64,000 bases of DNA from the NCBI GenBank assembly GCA_973895155.1, contig OZ316898.1, forward strand, positions 17,660,752-17,724,751, in the 5' to 3' direction. A program made the translations under genes and the position numbers. Positions 52,363 to 64,000 of this stretch are shown in pieces; within the stretch, counting starts at the first letter, position 1, and each line of letters opens with the position of its first letter. Source of the DNA: Marsupella aquatica. Taxonomy: Eukaryota; Plantae; Marchantiophyta. The notes beneath the pieces were generated by a model, which was given only the letters and a program-made list of their open reading frames with translations, searched no databases and had not been told where the DNA came from.

Positions 52363-52784
52363 CCGTCTTCCCCCAAACACAGCGCCCCGGTGTTGTGTTC
52401 AAATATGGAATTTTTGAGGTCTTGTGACAAACGACACATTTAAACTTGAACACAATGTCTTTTTAACACAACGCCCAAGTGTTGTGTTCTAATATTGGCA
52501 TTGTGTTTGGGTTGGACTTTGTGTTTGAGTTTTTGACCCTAAACCATTCTACATTTAGCAATAATGGTAAAACATTCATGCACCATATGATGATGTCAAC
52601 ACTCAAACACAAAGCCAATATTTAAACACAACCCCCGTTTTCAAACACAATGCCCTTCAAGTATAAAAAATGAAAACACATAATTAAAACTCAAATATAA
52701 TGCCCCAGAAACAGTATTTGAATAGAGCGCCCCGGGCCCATTATTAAAATACAAGGTCATTGTGTTGTGTTTGGGGGAAGATGG
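52363..52784. mobile_element. Non-autonomous Tc1/mariner(pogo)-like DNA transposon (MITE, 422 bp)
   Basis: TIRs CCGTCTTCCCCCAAACACA / TGTGTTTGGGGGAAGATGG (one mismatch), flanked by TA on both sides (52361-52362 and 52785-52786). Internal AACACAA/TTGTGTT repeats occur in both orientations. Confidence 0.75.
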
Positions 52785-54033
52785 TAGTGTAGGCTTATTT
52801 GTCTCTCTGGTCTTTCTGAGATTTTGCCCATGATTTCTCACCTTTATTGGGTCTCTTGTTGTTAGGATCTTGCCTCCTTGTTTGGCACTATTTGTTCTTT
52901 GACAATGTGATACATATAATTATTTCTATTTTGGAAGGTCTATGAAACTTAACCCTGGAAAAATTTGTCGGTTCAGACTATACAACAAATGCAAAAAACA
53001 TGAAAGTACACCTGAGCACCCACTACACCAACAAGAGATCACGGATGGAAAAATACTGAAGATCCATAATATATGAGAGTATATGTGAAGAATGAGGGAG
53101 ATAATGTTCTTCCTAAAACCTATACTTGCCAAGGGGAACTAAAATATGTGGGCCTAAGTGAAGTGGAACTTATTCTAATTTAGCGAGCCCTATGCCCGTG
53201 CATTGCACAGCGCAATGAGGGACGGCCCATAGGGAGTTGCGCCGGGGGGGGGGGCGAGCGCATTGGGACCGAGGGGAGGGCGAGGCATCGCGAGCATTGA
53301 TGCCGTTTATGTATATCGCGAGGGGGGCCCATAATAAAGACCCAGGCATGGGAGGCCTCGCCAGAGAGGGCAAGTGCTAATCAAACAAATACAAAAATCC
53401 TCTAAAATATCAAACGTTCAGTTTCATTCCCACCGATTCTGGATTTCATAATGGGACAAGGACGGAAAAAGGTGTTATCAGGTATTATAGTTGTAGATTG
53501 AGGGTCAATTAACCCTAGTAAGGCCAAATCAACTTGAGTTGGAAACTTGAGTCAATTCCTAACAAACCCCCTCCTCTCTTTTTTCCTTCATAGAGTCAAG
53601 GGAGGTCCCCACTCATAACCCCCTCACCACCTTGCTAGAGGATTCCAATACAATACACGCTCATCACCGTACTTGAGGATCATAGCCCATAACCCCCTTG
53701 AGACCATGGATTACCCCTCCAAAATATTTGATTCTGGATATGGGTGACTCTCCGATAAATGAATATAACTCAAACTGAGTTTCCCCTTGATATAAGAACA
53801 CTACAAAGACGACACGTTCTTAAGTTCTTAAGACGAGACGTTCTTGAGATGGAAGAGAGTTTGGAAAAGGAAGAACACGTTCGCTATTCACCAAGTTGCG
53901 AATGCCACAAATTGCGAATGCAATAGCGAAAGCCCATGAGATGGAAGAGACTTGTGGGCGAAAAGACAAAGAGCTCATGAGCTCGTGAGCTCGAGAAGGA
54001 ACGCACAAGGCGAAGGATTGAGTGTTTAGAGCA

Positions 54034-57536
<3,503 letters not shown>

Positions 57537-58917
57537 ATCCACCATATAGTTGGTCAGCATGTTCCCTTATGAGTTCGCATAGTAGTTTACTAAATTTATG
57601 GCCCATTTAGAGGCAAATTGTGTACCTAATGGCATTCCTGGGCTTGCAATCTATGAATCCCTTTGGAGTCGCCATTGTACAAGGGTTGAGTCTCAGCCCT
57701 TTACACCCAGGAGTAACTTCCAACTACAGACATGTGGCTGTCCTGGGCTGAATACACTTACCAGAGCTTTCACACTAAACAAGACCTGTCCATAAGCCTG
57801 AGGTACTTCTCTGCAGGTAGGATTGATATGTTTCATGCTCGATGCAGGTGAGGGTGGCTTTGTAAGAAATAGGGGGCACTTGTGACTTTGTCTCCACGAA
57901 ATAATACTGGGGGCCCGCTTGCTTGTTCTATAGGTAGATTTCAGCCCAAAATTCTTTTGAAATGAACTACAACAAACTCAAAGCCCGAGAATGAAGAAGC
58001 CTGAGTTTGGGAATGTTTAAACCAGCTCTAGATACGATAGCTTTAGATATCATAAATTCTAGACAAAGTAAATACTTGGGTCCGCAGCTCTAGATATGAT
58101 CCAAAATTCTAGACAAAGTAAACACTTGGATCTGCAGTTTGCCATGTAGGATGGGTAGACACCATATCGATACTGCCAGTTGCCCCTAAACTCTAAACAT
58201 TTTGTAAAGTTCTTTGGTCAGCTGTTTGCCATGTAGGATGGTAGACACCATACTGTGTCTTTGTAAAGCCACCCTGAGGCAAGCCAAATTTGACACTAAA
58301 TAATACCTGTACTTGTGGTCCTACAGGTACGTGTCCTATTAGTATGTCCAGCAGTGTTGTACACATCTACATCTATAATACTCAATCCCGCCAGATTTTG
58401 TCCGAAGTCCCTTTACAAACCCAGGTCTGGGCAGGAATCATCAGGAGTCCTTAGATCATGAGCAAGGTTTTAAATTACTGTTTGATTGTGAAATTAAACC
58501 CTTAAACCCTTGACCTGACTGGATGAAAGGATGAAGGACAACAACTAAGGAGACCCTAATGATAATGGGTCAAGGATGAAAGGACTAAGGACAAAGATGA
58601 AGGATGCCCTGATGCCAAGGTGACACCTGCCCTCCCACATCAATGCCCAATGTAACCGGTAGACTCAGGAAAACGGGCCTCATCAATGCCTTGGCCCATG
58701 GACTCAAATGTAACTCAGGGAGTCAGTCTTCATTCTCAATTTTACTACTCTAGGCTCATGCCATAGGGATCTGAATGTGCTCCTGTTAAAAGAGAGCCAG
58801 GGATTAAATAAATAAATACAATTAAAATACAAATGAATGGCTATTTGGGGCAGTCAGGAATCCTCGCTATTTGCTCAAATTTTTATTTCTTTTCATAATA
58901 ATCTGATAGGCCAAAAC

Positions 58918-59249
58918 TGTTAAGGATTGCTCTTAGTCTTGTGACTCATAGGTTACGGCACTTAGGCTAGCCACAGTTAGGATCTTAGCTGAGGTTAGGT
59001 TAGTCGTGTGTGACCTTGTATATACCAGGGCTAGTGTAAGCCGTTGGTGTGTGGTGCTTACTCATTGTAATAGAGCAACTTGAGGAAGAGAGAGAGCATG
59101 TGTGTTCGTCTACTCTTGAAGTAAAGCTTGAGTGTTCGTGTGGACGTAGCCTTGGAGAAGAGGTGAACCACGTAGAGATTGTGTCGACTACGTGTGCATG
59201 GAATGAGTCATGGTTGTATGGTCGTTGCGAATGACGTCTTAGTTCAACA
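58918..59249 (+). repeat. 5' LTR of the Copia element (332 bp)
   Basis: TGTTAAGG...TTCAACA, ~96% identical by eye to the solo LTR at 43094 and immediately followed by the PBS. Confidence 0.95.
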
Positions 59250-59251
59250 AT

Positions 59252-59263
59252 TGGTATCAGAGC
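59252..59263 (+). promoter_or_regulatory. Primer-binding site complementary to initiator tRNA-Met
   Basis: TGGTATCAGAGC, two bases after the LTR end. Confidence 0.93.
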
Positions 59264-60102
59264 AAGCCTGGGAGGTGACGTTGAGGTGATCAAAATTTTC
59301 GTGACGTGTTGGTTACGTTTTCCAGCGGTTAGAGTTGGTGGATTTCACGGAGATCTATCGCATGGAACTTGGAGGTGTTGGGCTCAACGGATAGATCGGG
59401 GCAAGGGCTTTCCGACGGTGCAAAGAAATCTCTCAACGGAGTTCGTGGTGTGAAGGAATTCACGTTTATGTCGTTCTGGATTTTTTGTGATTCGTGTTCG
59501 ACGGTTTTCTTCGACGGTTCTTTTGGGGGGGAACTGAGATCGTTTTCCCGACGGTGTGAGCTTTGTGGTGCGCGAGGCGTCACAACCTTTAGCTCAAATC
59601 GTAGATCGGGCAAAGCTGATCATTTCGGTAGCTGGTTTGCTATCGAGGGTGTAGTGAGTGCGATGTACCAAGCAAAAGAGCCGTTCTGAGTTTCTGACTG
59701 GCTATGGAGTCTTCTTTTGACTGAAGCGGGGTTTCTTGTCGTTGCGTTCGACTGAAAGGAAGAAACGGGAAGTGCAACGGCTCAACGGAGAGATCGCGGT
59801 GCAGTGGTCGTTTTGAGTCCAAGATTGACACTTGACGCGAAGTGAAGGAGTCATGACGGGAATTTTTTACTCTGCTAGAGTTGCAAACGGTGCCAGTGCA
59901 ATTCGGTAACATTTCCCGTCGACAACTAGTCTTTATCTGGTGTAAAGTGATAACGGCAGTGTGAGTAACCCAACAAATTTAATTTTTTTGTGCACATTTT
60001 GCCTTAGAATAGGGCCTTTTTGGTATACACACCCTCCCGACCCTTGCACCCCCGTCAATACCCCGTTGGCGACCCCCTCCTCCTCCTCGCTAATACTCTC
60101 AT

Positions 60103-60332
60103 CGCGGACGTCCCGGACGTCCCGGCCGTCCCAGACGTCATGGCCGGCGCGGATGTCTCAACCGGCGCGGACGTCGCAGCCGGCACGGACGTCCCAGATG
60201 TTGCGGCCGTCCCGGACGTCACGGCCGGCGCGGATGTCGCGGCCGTCCCGGACGTCGCAACCCGCACAGACGTCCCAGACGTCCCAGACGTCCCGACCGT
60301 CGCGGCCGTCCTGGGCGTCCCGGCCGTCGCAG
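60103..60332. repeat. GC-rich 9-bp-periodic tandem repeat in the Copia 5' leader
   Basis: Units such as GACGTCCCG, GCCGTCCCA, GCCGGCGCG and GATGTCGCG, about 25 in tandem. Confidence 0.85.
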
Positions 60333-61034
60333 CTCCATCCCTGCCCATTTTGACTCGGTTTTGGACTCCCCGGCCCCCTGTGCACTGCCTGGCCCGTCAC
60401 GCGTCGCCTTTTTTAAGCCAGTATTTTTGTGTTAAGGGGCTTAAACCCCCTTAGGCCCGATTTTTTAATATTTTCCAGGCTCCTCATTGGTTAAGCGGCA
60501 TCCCGGGCCCGGTGACCCACCAAATTAACCGCTTGGACAGGGGGAACGGCCCCCTGTGAGACCTATTGCACAGTCCAAGGAATATTCCAAAAAAACAGAG
60601 AGCTGTTTTTCGGCCTTTAGTCGAAGATTCCAAGGTCCGAACGGTAACTTTTTTCGGATCTTTTTTGGCGAGAACGTAGCCACTGAAGCTAGCAACGCGG
60701 TGCACCACTCGATTTCCATTTCCGACGACGGGTGGTACTTGGAATTTTTCTTATTCCCCGAGGTGGTCAAAACGGGGGAGAATTTTTTAGTTTTACCCAC
60801 CCTGGCCGAAATGTGAAAAGGTTTTTCGTCGGAACTCGGTTTCGATTTCGGATTTCAGCGTTGGCTTGCTAGGTTGGTGGGCTAAGTGGCGGTGACAAGT
60901 TTCAAGTTTTTTGGAAAGTTGCAAAAAATGATATTTTTTCATGATTTGGATTTGAGTCAACGCGAAGGAAGGAAGGAAAAAGCATATAGGGAGCAGCACA
61001 GCAATAGCACGTGGAGAACGTTGGGAGGACAACG

Positions 61035-64000
61035 ATGGCATCCAAGTTTGGAGGTGTCAAGTTTGAGGTGGAAAAATATGATGGGCGCACAGATTATTTG
61101 CTATGGGAGAAGCAGGTTAAGGGAATTCTTCGTGCTATGGGCCTAGATCATCTGCTATCAACTCGGGAGGAGTCTAGCAGTGAGGAGGAGATCCCGTTGA
61201 GGAAATGGAGGCAAGAGCAAGTGATTGTTGTGAATGCGGTTATGCTGTATCTGAAGCCGCATATCATTAAGAAGCTGGACAACTACGAGGATTGCGTATC
61301 CTTATTCAAGGCCCTCAGAAAGAAGTACTACCGAGAGGATGCCTCAGATTGGTTGTACAAGAAGTCTCTCTTGATGAGCTTGAGACTAAAAGAAGGAGGC
61401 AAGCTTCAAGATCACTTGGATGAATTCGACAGCCTAGCTGTAGATTTGTCAAATCTTGGCAAGGAAGTGGAAGACGAAGATAAGGCATTGCTTCTTCTCA
61501 GTTCCTTACCCCCATCGTATCAAGGTTTGAAGCAGGTTCTCTTGTATAGAGATCTCAAAACCATTTCATATGATGAGGTGGTAAGCTCTTTGTTGTCAAA
61601 TGATGCACAGAAGAAACTGGGTCATGCCCAGACACCATCTTCATCTGGCAGTGCATTGAATGTGAACCGCGGGAGGACTCAACAGCGGATGACTGGTGAA
61701 AAAAGGTCCTTTTCACAAACGTACCCCTCACGGAATAGAGGCAAGGAGAAGGCTCGGTCTAAGTCTAGATCCAGGTCTAGAGAGAAATCTCTAGAAAGGA
61801 AACCAATTATATCCTGGAAATATAACAAGCCTGGCCACATGAAACGAGACTGTCAAGTCAAGCAGACACATCAACCATCAGCGAACGCAGCCACTGACGT
61901 TGATATGATTGACTTGCTTGATGATGAAATCTTGTGAAGTCAAGATGTTGCCCTTTGCATTTCATCCAGTAACAACGGTGATGAATGGATTTTAGACTGT
62001 GCCTGTACCTATCATATTTGTTGTATGAAAGAGTTTTTTAGTTCTTACTCAGTATCAACCGGTTCCGTGTTGATGGAGAATGATCATCCTTGTCAAATTA
62101 TTGGAATTGGATCCGTGAAAATTCGGATGTTTGATGGAGCTGTGCGAACAGTGAGTAATGTCAGACACATACCTGACATGAAAAAGAACTTGATTTCTCT
62201 TGGAATGCTGGAAGCAAATGGATGTTGGTGGAGTTCTGCTGATGATATTCTTCAAGTGTCAACCGGAGGCAAGGTTGTCATGAAGGGTAAGCGGCACAGG
62301 AATCTATACCTGTTGGAGGGCAACGTAATTTGTGAAGAAGCCAATGTAACTAGATCTCAATGCGAGATGACTCAGTTGTGGCACTACAGATTAGGACACA
62401 TGAGTGAAAAGGGTTTGGCGGTACTTCGCAGGAAAGGACTTCTTTCTAATTTGGAATCTACTAAGCTAGATTTTTGTGAATACTGTGTGCTTGGGAAGCA
62501 GCACAGGAGAACCTTTGGTGTTGGAACTCACAATACCAAAGCTATACTTGAGTATTACATAGTGATGTGTGGGGTCCAGCCCCAACTCCCTCACTTTCTG
62601 GAAAATTGTACTATGTCACGTTCATTGATGATTACTCACGGTATGTGTGGATCACATTTCTACACGCCAAGTCTGAAGTTTTTGGCACTTTTAAGAAGTG
62701 GAAAGCCCAAATTGAGAATCAGACTGGATCCAAGGTGAGATATCTGCGATCAGATAATGGCGGGGAGTATAGTTCAAGTGAATTTGAACTCTATTGTGCA
62801 GAGCAAGGGATTACTCATCATTTCACGATAGTTTATACTCCTCAACAGAATGGTGTTTGTGAGCGTTTGAACCGAATACTATTGGAGCGATCGAGGAGTA
62901 TGTTGAGCCAATCAGGTTTACCGCATGAATTTTGGGCTGAAGCTATAAATATGGTAACTTATTTGGTAAATCTTTCTCCTTCAAGTGCAATCAATTTCAA
63001 GACTCCGTTTGAAATGAGGTATGGACGGCACGCAGACTATCAGGTTTTGAGAGTCTTTGGAAGTGATGCATATGCTCTCACACCTAAGCAGAATCGATCT
63101 AAACTAGATTCTACTTCCAAGAAGTGTCTTTTTCTTGGTTATCAACCAGGTGTGAAAGGTTACAGGCTCTGGGATCCAGAAGCTTGTACGTTGCGTGTCA
63201 GTAGAGATGTATCCTTTAATGAATCCAGATCATCAAAGGAGGGGGAGAATGCTCAGGCTTCCCGTATTGACAAAGGTAAATCTCCTATCCTGGACCATGT
63301 TGTGGGGGAGATTGGTCATGAGAGTTTTCATGACATAAATGAAGGAGGTGCTCCGAGAATGGAGCTGGTTCCGGTAATGGAACAAGAGGAGCAGGCTGTT
63401 GATGGAATGCCTCAAATTCAACCAACAGAACAAGATCAACCAGAATCATCAACTAGAAAATCGAGACGTACTACTCGAGCTCCTACAAGGTATGGATAAT
63501 GGACAGATTCATCAAGGTTAGATGATGTTGACATTGCACCTGATGATGATGACAGAGCACTGATCTTGGAAGAAGGAGAACCTTCTTCTTATCATGAGGC
63601 GTGCATTTCAGACGAGAAAGATGAATGGAATGCAGCGATGCAGAGGGAGTTGCAATCTTTAAGTGACAACAGAACATGGGAGCTGGTGCAACTGCCAAGT
63701 GATCAACAAGTGGTGGATAGCAAGTAGATTTACAAGCTGAAGGACAACTCTTCAGATGGAGGAGACAAGATATACAAGGCAAGGCTTGTTGCCAAGGGAT
63801 TCACTCAAGAGAAGGGAGTGGATTACAATGAGGTCTTCTCTCCAGTTGCCAAGTATTCCACGATACGAATTTTGTGTCAACTTGTTGTGTTTTTTGATCT
63901 GGTGTTAGATCAAATGGATGTTGTTACTGCTTTTCTCTATGGCACCTTGGAAGAACAAATTTTCATGAGGCAACCACTGGGCTTTGTGAAGAAGGGCCAA
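61035..64000 (+). pseudogene. Disrupted Copia gag-pol polyprotein
   Basis: Gag from MASKFGGVKFEVEKYDG, with a damaged zinc knuckle (SWKYNKPGHMKRDC) and TGA at 61935-61937. Protease EWILDCACTYHIC continues in the same frame, then LWHYRLGHMSEKG...CEYC. A frameshift near 62556 precedes HSDVWGP; integrase FIDDYSR/LRSDNGGEY/TPQQNGVCER follows. Stops at 63497 and 63725; RT motifs YKARLVAKGFTQ and QMDVVTAFLYG. Confidence 0.92.

Larger units (their letters stand above)
58918..64000 (+). mobile_element. Ty1/Copia LTR retrotransposon (5' LTR, PBS, long leader, gag-pol), truncated by the window end
   Basis: 5' LTR 58918-59249 (TG...CA) followed by a tRNA-iMet PBS. Domain order gag, protease, GAG-pre-integrase, integrase, RT is the Copia order. 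Confidence 0.96.

Noticed and set aside
58020-58255. Short local duplications downstream of SerRS (also 9915-10100 and 11330-11440)
   Set aside because: Ordinary 25-60-bp slippage duplications in intronic or intergenic DNA with no further structure.
59961-60454. Repeat-rich ORFs in the Copia leader on both strands
   Set aside because: They are open because the GC-rich 9-bp repeat lacks stop codons; most lack an ATG start and no domain is recognisable.

Overview
Land-plant nuclear DNA; a bryophyte/liverwort origin is a guess from divergence and gene structure. Nine protein-coding genes were reconstructed by hand. In order they are MSL1 (3' part runs off the window), a SNAPC4/4R-MYB gene, a CRAL-TRIO gene, NRPB2, PIG-B, a prolyl-3-hydroxylase-like 2OG-Fe(II) oxygenase, an RCC2-like RCC1-repeat gene, mitochondrial-type ribosomal protein L34 and organellar seryl-tRNA synthetase. 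The oxygenase and L34 are largely invisible in the ORF track. Transposon content: a decayed Ty1/Copia element at the right end, two solo LTRs with target-site duplications (TSDs), a tRNA-derived SINE with a 16-bp TSD, and several MITEs. Main observation: the head-to-head L34 and SerRS genes carry homologous ~90-aa N-terminal targeting presequences on unrelated mature proteins, suggesting presequence capture by local inverted duplication. Also notable: NRPB2 and RCC2 are intronless among intron-rich neighbours, SerRS needs two consecutive GC-AG introns, and four promoters are preceded by TTAC/GTAA-rich tandem arrays. All alignments and exon models were made by eye; no database search was run.
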